This document shows, in pieces, positions 13,988 through 25,245 of a DNA stretch of 64,000 nt. Position 1 is the first letter of the stretch, and each line of letters starts with the position of its first letter. The notes below the pieces were generated by a model, which worked only from the letters and a program-made list of their open reading frames with translations, searched no databases and was not told the DNA's origin. Source of the stretch: Octopus sinensis (lineage: Eukaryota); NCBI RefSeq assembly GCF_006345805.1, contig NW_021833053.1, forward strand, positions 22,921 through 86,920, written 5' to 3'. The translations under genes and the position numbers were made by a program.

Positions 13988-14697
13988 CTAACAATTAGGA
14001 AAAAATGGGGTTTTCAATGAAAATGTGACCAGCTAATACATACTTCACAAATACAATCTGTATACACATGAATTTTTTTAAAGAGTTCAACTTGTAACAT
14101 TTTTAGTTTTTAACAAAATTCCAGCAAGCTACATTTCAAAAGTCAATTCTTTGAAACTTCATTCTCTATAAAAAAAGTTTCAAATAATTAAAACAAAAAG
14201 CGAGGTCGTTGCCAGTACCGCCTGACTGGCCGCGTGCAGGTGGTATGTAAAAGCACCCACGACACTCTCGGAGTGGTTGGCGTTAGGAAGGGCATCCAAC
14301 TTTCAAAGTAAGGTAATATTTCCCCCATAATCAGACAGAAGATTGAGAACAAAGACCACCGCTTGCATGACTGTGACATTCGTTTACAGCTGTCACGTGA
14401 TGTCAAGGAAAAGAGACAGTAACACACGCACATATACATAATAGAATGGTTAAGTAAAATCTAGGCGATCGCCACAGTAGCACTTCTTGCAGAAACCTGG
14501 CTAGCGTAGTGTTCGAATAGTGACGAGCTTCCTTTCAGTTTCCAACTACTAAATCCACTCAAGGATTTGGTCGGCCTGGGGCTATAGAAGACACCTGCCC
14601 AAGGTGTCACGTATGTATAAATACACACATATTCTGAATAGAAGACTGAAACTAGTTACGTGTATAGTTATTACACATTATATATATATATATATAT

Positions 14698-14822
14698 ATT
14701 TATTATATAGAAGGAGCTTCTACAGGACTATACTGTTTCATTCAAGAGAAATCTTCAGAAGCCTGAAGATTTCTCTTGATGAACAGTACTAGTCCTGTAG
14801 AAGCTCCTTCTATATAATAAAT
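14698..14822. repeat. Fold-back inverted repeat (~60 bp arms, 4-nt loop AAGC), Penelope-pLTR-like
   Basis: TTTATTATATAGAAGGAGCTTCTACAGGACTA...CTTCAG-AAGC-CTGAAG...TAGTCCTGTAGAAGCTCCTTCTATATAATAAA, flanked by (TA)n. Confidence 0.85.
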
Positions 14823-14880
14823 TAATTTTACTGCTATTATTGAGTACCTTACTTACTGTGGTTAGGATCAACCCGGGACC

Positions 14881-14940
<60 letters not shown>

Positions 14941-17487
14941 CAGAGAGAGAGATTATTAGTACGATTCAATAGAATCTAGGCGCGTGAACACGTAGGACGC
15001 CAGAACTGGCTAGGTACCATAACAGTGATGTAAAATAAACACGAGGTATCGTGTTGGTAGTATACATCACATATTCAGAAATGTAAGTACCAAATCCAAA
15101 TTAGACTGTAGATCCGACTCAGGGTTGGTTCTAGGCGCGGCGTAGGTATAGAAAGAACACGAATGAGATTTAATCATAAACATAAATAAAGGAACGAAAC
15201 TAGAAGAAGTTTTCAAAAATTCAGAGGTTCACATTAAAAGCAGAGTTCGGCGAGTTTGTACAGCCTATAGCATGTTATTAACGTCGATTAATTAATGAGA
15301 AACACGTAAACTAAGTGGGCAGGTGGCTTTGCTCTAGTTGTGATTGGTTGCATTGCATTTTGAAAGGATGGTGATGTGTTACTGCTGAATATAAGTCGAC
15401 TTAGCGACTGTTGACAGATATAGTATAACGATAACAACCACTTCACAAGATCATATCGTCTTGTGTTCTAACAAACAATGGGAGCTCACAAGACGGCTCA
15501 ATTATCTCAGGCTGCATTTCACGGTTTTTATATTGCTTCAGTGGTTTTGCCGAATAATCCGACTAAAATTACTAATCCGACTTAAAATATGGCTTGAAAG
15601 GCAATATATATAAAACAGGTGAGTAGTGCATTAGAGAGAGGAGGGGGAGAAGGTGTAAATAGATAAAGAGAACGAGATAAAGACAGAGAGGTGTATGAAA
15701 GAACCCTCAAGAGAGTAAGAAAGAAACAAAGAGCGTAAGGGAAATCGAAGGACAGAAAGGGTGAAAAGCCGGAGAGAGAATGAAAAACACGAGTGTTGCG
15801 AGCAATCATCCGAATGAAAAGTTGACAGCTTCCCAGCTAATTTAAATATTAAATTAGAAAAAAAAAAAAAAGTTGCTCAATGGAAATAATGCTTTCTGTC
15901 TTAACTGTGCTGAGAAAAAAAAAGATAGAATTGGAGGTATAGAAAGGAAAGAGACATGAGAAAAAGAATCACCGAGTTAATTACACGACACCTGCTAGCC
16001 TCGATGCGGTCGGTCGCCTGCTAGAAACAGCAGTCAAAATTTCCCTCAAATAACACGACCGTAAAAAAGAGAGACACGTTGGCTAATGTAGTCAAAGGTA
16101 GGCGAAGCCCGAGAAAAGGCCAGTATGTCATGGCTGGAACAGTTTGGATTGTAGGAGCATTTAGTCAGAGTGGACCCGAATTCAAACAACTTGGTTTAAG
16201 CGAAACAGTTAAGAAAAACATTAAATTTTTTTTTTGTACAATAACACGTTTATTATAATTTATTTTTGCAAACTACAGCTTTATTGTGTGTGTGGGTAGG
16301 TGTATAAGCTTTTATTTACTGCAAAGGTAACACCGATGACAGTCACACAGTGTCCAGCATAGAATAATACAGCTAAATAAATGGACAGGCAGAAGTAGAC
16401 GTGTTGTATATATAATTATATTTATTCGACGTTGATGATTCAGCTTTGAATGAATAAACTCAACTACTTTTTCCCCTCTGTTTATACACTCAGGCGTATA
16501 TAATATGTCTCAATGTCTCTTTCTAACGATTTCATTTCGACAAGACACGAGACTAAATTTTTTAATTGAAAAACTAGTATATTACTGGTACTCATTTTAT
16601 CGACTCCAGAAAATGAAAGGTGGAAATCGACATCGAGGATGAAGAAGATTTGAGCAGAGAGCATAGAGGGAGGGGGGAGCAAATTAAATATATTCATTAT
16701 GTGTGTGTGTGTGACACTATTTTTGATCATGAGTGTTAATAAATGCAATTTATAAGGTAAAGAAAAATACTTGATTCTCGACTGACATTGCTCAGTGCGT
16801 GTATGATAAAAGGTGGGGGCGTGACTAGTTCCAAACAACAGCAAATTTGGACAGGTACACCTTATCACAGCAACACATTATACATTTAGACAATGGTTAT
16901 GTTGGAGGAAAATAACAAGAACCTAGACCTTCTATAAGAGTAGAGGTGAACATTAAAACACAATAAATACAAATTAAATTGTATGGGCATTGGAAAGAAG
17001 CTAAAACATTCACGCTTTGCTTTAAAACAAAAATCAAATGTTTTGTTGGGATTTGGGGCGGTGGGTTACAGAGCTGTTGTTTTCTTGCAATTTCCTTTTT
17101 CTTCTATTTTAACAGCTTACAGTGAACAGTGATTAGAGTGAACACTGACATAAAAAACGATTTTTTAATTGCAAGCTTAGAAGTATACCTAATACTAACC
17201 ACACAAATTTGCAAACTAAATCACTGGAAAATGGCAACATGCAATTAAAACACCTTTCTTTTCACTAATTAATAGTGGACCTTTCTGCTTAAAATTAATT
17301 ACAACCTGTTTTCCCACAGAAACCTGGCTTCTTGCGAGTTAAAAATTTGAATAGTGGACAGAAAGACGGTGGCACACAGGGTTAAGTCTCGTAGATTCCA
17401 ATAAAACATCCAAGACATGAATGGAATTATAATAGAATTTTCTTCATACATAGACATTCAGCAAAACAGGCCAACTAAAAAGCTCAC

Positions 17488-17610
17488 CTCATCTTCACTG
17501 TCTTTATCCAAAGCACTAGTTAATGGATCCTTGAAAGTTTCTTTTGTATTAGAATGAATGTCGGCAGTGTTATCTTTCCCAGACATACAACTATCCTGGG
17601 GAGCTGCCAT
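17488..17610 (-). CDS. Probable first coding exon of an unidentified divergent gene (MAAPQDSCMSGKDNTADIHSNTKETFKDPLTSALDKDSEDE, phase 0)
   Basis: ATG in good Kozak context (GATATGG), 41 open codons, strong donor GAG|GTGAGC; lies head-to-head with INIP. No downstream exon identified in window. Confidence 0.55.
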
Positions 17611-17956
17611 ATCTGTTGTTATTGATCGTCGCTTACATCCATCACTATATTATACACCCACAACATGTAACGTCGTCAACGATTGGTCCGTTTTCCAACG
17701 AAGCAACCAATCGAATCACATCTGACGAATACCTCTTTGCGTTTAGATTAAGGAAATATATATTTCTTTTTACTAACATTCTATTTCATTGGTTCAATCG
17801 GAAATATTGTGAAAAATCGAGCCAATGAGAGAGGCTGTTATTTGGGTTTCTCTAGCGACGTACTTTCATTCAGTGATGTTATCATTGTGGGTCGCCGCCT
17901 CATGCTTTGTAGTCACATTTTAAGTGATTTTCGCCGACCACCAGACCTTGGGGACG
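17611..17956. promoter_or_regulatory. Putative bidirectional promoter / 5' UTRs
   Basis: 346 bp between divergent ATGs; locally CpG-richer; NF-Y-type boxes on both strands: ATTGG 17682-17686, CCAAT 17707-17711, ATTGG 17788-17792, CCAAT 17822-17826. Confidence 0.6.
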
Positions 17957-17981
17957 ATGTCTTTTCCAGGGCCAGGCCATG
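17957..17981 (+). CDS. INIP: INIP coding exon 1 (MSFPGPGH + G, phase 1)
   Basis: ATG TCT TTT CCA GGG CCA GGC CAT G|GTAACG; phase matches exon 2 (G|AA = Glu). Confidence 0.75.
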
Positions 17982-20900
17982 GTAACGTGTATATATATTT
18001 ATATATTCACATGCACACACTTATAGTTTATTGTCTTTGGAAAACTAATATTTATCTCTGCTTTCATTTGTCATTTAAGTATTTTTTAAAATTTACATAG
18101 CTTTCTTTTAATTTCTCTCTCTGTTTTGTCAAGAATCTTTAAATTCTTCTCAAACCTTTTAATTTACTTGTGCATGCATGTCTTTCGCACCAAAACTTTG
18201 ATTCTAAATTTAACGTTCCACTTTTTACAGACAAATGAACCTTCCTATATTCCTAATTTAATTCCTGGTAATTAGCTGCTGATAAAAATCCGTTTACTAT
18301 AATTCTGTTCGACCTGTCAGTGGTCAATTCTTCGTCCTCTTTAAGACAAAAATAAAATAAAATAAACACTGGAAGTACACGTTAGAAAACTTAAACCGAG
18401 ATGCAATACGCTATGACTAGAAAAAGGATGGATATGGCCGGAATGCCTTTGATCGTAGGTCTTGCTGAATCGGAGCCGACTTAGGTCCAAAAACAACAGC
18501 CTCCATAGTTCTTTGAAACTAGAATAATCCCAAGTATTTTGACTTTATGTTTTATCTGTAATACCGTTGTGAAGAAAAAAAAACTAACGAGTTATTTAAA
18601 TTTGACAAATTCCCCCCTCATTTTCAGTAGTGTTGGTTTTATTTTTTAAAAATTATAGAAAGAGGGGACAGAGAAACGGTCTGTTACAGACTAGAGAAGG
18701 GACAAAAAGGCGAATATCGACCCGGTACTGACTTGAACTCAGAAGTAAAGCACCAAAAGAGATTCTGTTGTGCATCATTTTCCTAGTAGCTCTCAACTAT
18801 CAACACTGCCAGAAACCATAACCAACAGAAAAGCTTCTTCCTGGTCGCACAACCTCCTAAAAATAGCAGCCGGATCTCCCTCAAACCAAAACGGACAATA
18901 TTCTTCGCTTGAATACTTTTCATCATAGGTCTTCTCAATCAGGAGAAGCTAAACAACAGCTTTAATACTGCCACAACAAAGAAGTCTCTACCTGCAAGAA
19001 ATAACAGCCAAATCTTCAAATTACGCCCTACGTCTTTAAAAGAAATGGACACGTTAGATTGTAGATGTAGACACTATGTCTGGAGAAAAGGAAACTAAAA
19101 AATAGGATAAGGTGGTCTTTGCTAAAAGGCCTTAGGTATTAGTCTGCTGAACCACATTCATAATTGTCATGATAAATAATATATATCAAAGAGATAAGGT
19201 CTCTCGATGATGAAATAGAAAGTTAGAATGGGTCCTAATAGTTGCATAAATAACTAATGATTTCTTAACTTTGGCACAGAGCCACATTCAGTGGAAGAAA
19301 CATACAAACCGATGTGTGTGTGCGTAAAAACACACAAACACGTATGTATGTAGATATATGGTCTAGCAGTTTTAATAATACAAGGCAAGCAAAACAATTT
19401 TTTTTTTAATTCAGAAAGTTTAAGAAATCCTAAATTGTTAAATCTTACGCACACACGTGTATGTGTAAAGTGAAGGGTTTTTTGGGTTTTTTTTTTTTTT
19501 TTCTCTGAATCAAGGACAGGAAATAACTAAATCAACCATTTCCGAGGGTTGAAAAAGTTGCTTATTCGATCTCTTAAATCATTTTGATATTTTTTTGGTT
19601 TTTGAGTAAAAATAATCGTTGTGACATTCTAGTGAAACTCACTTCATTCCCAGTATTTTCATTGTCTTTAAATGCTGAAAATTTCTCTCGGAAATATATC
19701 GTTTTTGTCTTTTTCTTTAATCTGTCCTGTTTTCTCCAGGGAATATTTCTATTCCCTTTTAAGTGCGTCTATTGATAATATACTCTCCACGTTCTCTTAA
19801 AAATAATTACTTAGAAAGCACGGGCTTCTTTGGTTATTTTCTAATTTTGACACTGTGTAATCATTACTCTTAAGCGAAAACTTAGATTTTTTTTCTTAAT
19901 TTTGAAACCAACTAGAGATTTAAGGAATTTTATATATTTCTTTCTGTAATTATCTGCAAATGATAATAATAAAATCATTTCAAATTTTGCCACAAGGGCA
20001 GGGAAAACATGTGTGTGCTGTGGGAGGTGTAAAGGTTGTCAAAGATATCAAAATGTCAAACCACTTCCACTACAATATATAAAAGGATAAACAAAACGTT
20101 GCGATGTTCGTATTTTATTGTAAATTAATAAAAATGCTACATCTATCCGAACTGTAATTTAAAGAGACAACGGAAAATATGAAAACAGAGGCAAGCTTTA
20201 TCAAATTTCATTACTTGCTAATTTTCTTTCTAGAAAGATGTCGACGTCCGAATTTCTCACTTTACTGTTATTAATAATATTATTAACTTTTTTGTGATAT
20301 TTTGTAAAAGTTCGTGTTTGGTACGGCAAATATATATACATATTTTTCGTCGTGAAAATTATTTTATTCTCAAATATAAGTTGCTTAAAAATATAATTTT
20401 CTACGTGGATTGATGATGAGAACAATGTACTTGTCAAAATCAAAATGCTCAATCCACTGACGTTTGCACTTAAGCAATTACAGCATTTCATATTTTCGAT
20501 TTGTTTCTATAACTTCCTATTTCGAAACTAGAAGAATGAGCTAGAATCTCGAAGCTAAAGTTTAACATGTCAAATATTAAAAAGTATAAAAGTGGGGGGG
20601 ATAGAGGACAGTTTCTTTATCATATGCGAATAGCTAAGTAAAATGTTTTTGATAATTAGAAGCGTAGGATGTTAAACGAAACAAAGTAACAGAATAGTGT
20701 AAGGATGTTGTTATTGTTTAACCCCAGATCAACTTCGAGCAGGCTTATGATCAAGGCATTCCACCGAGACCATCTCGAAATTTGGAGTGTTATCGAGGAC
20801 TATGTTATCTATTTTTAAAGCAGTGGGATTTGGTTGCCGTTTCTAGCAAATACAATGACCATGTCAAGGGTTTTCTCGTTTAATTGAGTAAACGGTATTT

Positions 20901-21031
20901 GTGAAACAGTTGTTAGCAATGGAGTTTCTGAAAGACAGTAACAGCTGGGGAAAGTAACCTTAATATGTAAGAAAAGGATATATACGAATTCAAATGCTGT
21001 GTGTGTGTGTGTGCATATATATATTTCTATG

Positions 21032-21039
<8 letters not shown>

Positions 21040-21075
<36 letters not shown>

Positions 21076-21140
21076 AAAATACTATATATATATATATACA
21101 CATACTAAAATACTATATATATATATATACATACTAAAAT
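21040..21140. repeat. Tandem repeat 3 x [(TA)n-CA(CA)CATACTAAAATAC]; a further copy at ~21850-21890
   Basis: Seen directly. Confidence 0.8.
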
Positions 21141-22519
21141 CATGAAGCATGTTATCTAATAACAGGTTAATCAGATATGTGATAGCAACAATTCAAAGTA
21201 AATAACTCTGAAAAAAGATTTTGTGCATTCACAGAAAATATTACCTCCAGCAGCGCTAATGTTGGTATATTCAAGAATAATTCGCTAACCGAAATAAGTG
21301 GATCTATTATTTAGGAAAATACTATATACTTGTTTAAGCGTTGTACTGGATAAATTGCGAAAATAGTTCAAATAGGCAGGCTCAATTTGATTTGTATGAA
21401 ATAATTTACAAACATGGATGGGTTATCTCCCTTGGCTTTATATATATATATATATATATATAAAGATCCCTTTCAGGAGCAAATGGGTTATTTCCTTTGG
21501 ATGTTTAAAAATATTTGTTATATGTAGTAGATATAAGAATCCCTTCCAGGGGCCCTATTATTAGTTCTTTTTCAACAAAGTATGTCACTAGGTTTCCAGA
21601 CAGGAGTTCTACTCACATGTTAAGTTTCATCAAAATCAATATAACAATGTAGGAGTTAGATAACGCCAAAGGCAAACACACCCACAGATTTGCACATACA
21701 TAGTACATGGTCATTCAGTCAATTCGAGAATGTCTTATCCTCGTCAGGGACAAAAATATCCAAAAATTTCACTGCTTTTACCCACAATTCATTAAGGGAA
21801 GTATGAACAGTATGTATGGGATTTTATATATATATGTATGTATATATATATATATATACACACATACTAAAATACTATATATATATATATAATATGGCAC
21901 GTACAAAGCACCATCCGATTGTGATCGAAGCCAGCTCCTCTGGCCCCTGTACCGGTGGCAAATAAAAAGCACCCACTATACTCTCGGAGTGGTTGGCATT
22001 AGGAATGACATCCAGCTGTAGAAACACTGCCAGTGATGGTGATGATATATATTATATGTTAAATATATATATTATATATTATACATATAAATATTGTAAA
22101 TATATGAAGCATTATTACTGTTAAAAACAGTAATATATATGGGGTGGCTAGCAAGACTTCTACCTAAGCAGGTATAATATGAAATATTTGAATAAAAGAA
22201 GGGTAAAGATACTGCTTGCCAAAGATGAAAGCGAAAGCTTCAAAAACCACCAATACTACAATAAATACACACACAAGCAATGCAATGAATATTTTAAAAA
22301 ATAGGCCTACTTTCAGGATGGAATCTGAAGGTCGTTTACATACCCCCAATATCAATTGATTTCATACTGTGCATGACAAAACATGTTTTGCAATCATCAG
22401 TTGGTGACTCTATTTAGCATCTATTTCTATAATATTCATTACGTCAACTCGTATGCATTTCTAACTTTAAATGTCCTGCTCTGTTTAAAGAGAAAACTAT
22501 CGTAAACAAAAAAAAAGTT

Positions 22520-23803
22520 AAAAAAAGTAGCATGGATGCCAGTCATTGAATTTTATTTCAATTTCGATCAGCTCAACAGGTCTTCCAAAGAAGGAAAAGG
22601 TACGCATAAGTAGGCTGGTTACACCCCTGGCATAGGCCACAAGGTTATGGTCTCACTTGGCTTGCCAAGTCTTCTCAAGCACAGCATATCTCCAAAGGTC
22701 CCGGTTATTATTCATTGCCTCAATGAGGCCCAATGTTCAAAGGTCATGCTTCACCACCTCATCCCAGGCCTTCCTGGGTCTACCTCTTCCACAGGTCCCC
22801 TCAACCGCTAGGGTGTGGCACTTTTTTACACAGCTATCCACATCCATTCTCGCCACATGGCCATACCAGCACAGTCGTCTCTCTTGCACACTACATCTGC
22901 TGCTTCTTAGGTCCAACTTTTCTCCCAAGGTACTTACACTCTGTCGAGTATGCACACTGACATTACACATCCATTGGAGCATACTGGCTTCATTCCTTGC
23001 GAGCTTCCACGTGTCCTCAGCAATCATGGCCCATGTTTCACTGCCATGTTGCATGGCTGTTCCTACACATGCATCATACAGTCTACCTTTTACTCTGAGC
23101 GAGAGGCCCTTTGTCGCCAGCAGAGGTAAGAGCTCTCTGAACTTTGTCCAGACTATTCTTATTCTAGCAGCTACACTTTCAGCGCACCCACCTCTGCTAT
23201 TGACTTGGTAACCTAGGTAACAGAAGCTATCAACTACTTCTCGTTTCTCTCCCTGGAATGTGGCAGAAGTTGTACTCTGCACATTTTCAGTGTTTATTGC
23301 TCCTCAGCATCTGCCACATACAAAAACTATCTTCCTAGTTAGCCTGCCTTTGATATTGCTGCACCTCTTATGTGTCCATGGTTTACACTGGTTACATCTT
23401 ATAGAGTTTCTACCTACGCCTTTTCTACAGATCGAGCAGGGCCAGCTACCTGAAGGGATTTGTGGTTTGCCTGCCTTCCTACTTATCAGGACTTTGGTTT
23501 TGGCTAGGCCCTTCGATTCTAATCCTTGTTTCCACACTTGAAACTTCTCCTCTAGTTCTGATAGTGACTCAGCAATTAGAGCAAGGTCATCAGCATAGAG
23601 GACCTCCCAAGGGCATCCTGTCTTGAATTCCTCTGTTATTGCCTGGAGGACTATGATAAATAGGAGGGAGCCGAGGACTGAACCTTGGTGGACCCCTACC
23701 TCTACCCGGAATTCTTCAGTGTACTCATTGCCGACTCTCACCTTACTGACAGTGTCCCTGTACATGGCTTGCACAGCTCTCACTAACCCTAGTTTCCTCA
23801 TCG
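22520..23803 (-). mobile_element. RTE-clade LINE, 5'-truncated, RT with premature stop/frameshift
   Basis: VGVHQGSVLGSLLF, LYADDLALIAES, PHD-like Cys/His motif, EVVDSFCYLG, GSETW, GRGRPRKAW (ORFs 23304-23801, 22737-23282). Confidence 0.9.
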
Positions 23804-24294
23804 TATATATATATGGTCACTATAAACCATATACTTTGGTAATTGTGGTGTAGCTGAGAAGTTAGTAAAGAGTCTAAACTTTATATATTCCAAATGTAGT
23901 GTAGTAGGAACAACTATTAATTACTTAGGTTGCTCTTTAATAAAGATTGATTCATTTAGAAATCTGTCACTTGGGTAACACCACCACCTGTTCGTGGCTG
24001 CATTTTTCAGAGTATGATCTGTTGCAAGTTTTTGAACCTCCTGCCTGTCTTGGAGCTTGGGATAAATGTCATAAGTTGAAGGTTTCTTTTGAAAGGGCTA
24101 CGTATAAAAAGTGTGTGCCATACTGTGAATGGCATGCATTATTTCCAGCAATGAAAGAGAGGATAATTTTAGCTGAGACTGATTGAAGGAACCTTGAGTG
24201 CCACTTGCATTTATCAAATGATTTCTCTCAGCTGCATCTCTTTGGCTCAGGAGAACGGTAATGCCAGTATGTCTATGAGAATCAATTAAGTGTA

Positions 24295-24609
24295 AGGATG
24301 GTACATTTTACGTGCCACCTGTGCCACTGGCACGTAAAATGCACCATCCGAACGTGGCTAATGCCAGCGCCACCTTGACTGGCTTCCGTGCCGATGGCAC
24401 ATAAAAAGCACCAACTGATCATGGCCGTTGCCAGCCTCCCCTGGCATGTAAAAAGCACCCACTACACTCACAGAGTGGTTGGCATTAGGAAAGGCATCCA
24501 GCTGTAGAAACACTGCCAGATCAGACTGGAGCCTGGTGCAGCCTTCTGGCTTCCCAGACCCTGGTCAAACCGTCCAACCTATGCTAGCATGGAAAACGGA
24601 CGTTAAATG
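24295..24609 (+). mobile_element. RTE 3' tail (repeat C)
   Basis: Homologous to 7609-7893. Confidence 0.8.
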
Positions 24610-24762
24610 TTTACCAAGAAAGCTATACTCAAAAACCTTAATGGTAGCCACCCACCCCTAACCATTGCTAGGTCTGGTGGATGATTGAGTTTACCCACTC
24701 TTGTAGACAGGTATTTTTCTTTTTGTCCTGCTGGTATGTCCATCCACCCTCCAGTCAAGACC

Positions 24763-25245
24763 CATCATCATTTAACATCTGCTTTCCATGCTAGCATGAG
24801 TTGGACGATTTTGACTGAGGGCTGGCGAACCAGATTGCTGCACCAGGCTCCAATCTTGATCTGGCAAAGTTTCTACAGCTGGATGCCCTTCCTAACACCA
24901 ACCACTCCAAGAGTGTAGTGGGTGCTTTTTATGTGCCACCGGCATGGGGGCCAGTCAGGCGGTACTGGCAATAACCTCGCTCACATCTTTTTACACGTGC
25001 CAGTGAAGCGACGTTGGTAACGATCACGCTCGAATGGTGCCCTTTTACGTGCCACGGGTACGGAAGCCAGTTGGCTGCTCTGACAATGATCACGCTCGGA
25101 TGGTGCTCTTGGCACCCTACTAGCACATGCACAAGTGCCACTAAGGCGATGCTGGTAACGATCATTCTCGAATGGTGCCCTTTTATGTGCCACTGGCACG
25201 GAAGCCGGTTAGCCGCTCTGTCAACCCAAGAGCGGCATTTATTGT
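24763..25245 (-). mobile_element. RTE 3' tail (repeat C), inverted relative to 24295-24609
   Basis: CATCATCATTTAAC...CTACAGCTGGATGCCCTTCC...GGTGCTTTTTATGTGCC units. Confidence 0.8.

Noticed and set aside
23947-24186. 79-aa + strand ORF with moderate complexity
   Set aside because: No recognisable motif, no compatible splice pair with INIP.
24930-25245. Regularly spaced GGTGC(T/C)TTTTACGTGCC repeats resembling a CRISPR array
   Set aside because: Eukaryotic context, spacers are mutually homologous, no cas genes; this is the RTE 3' UTR.
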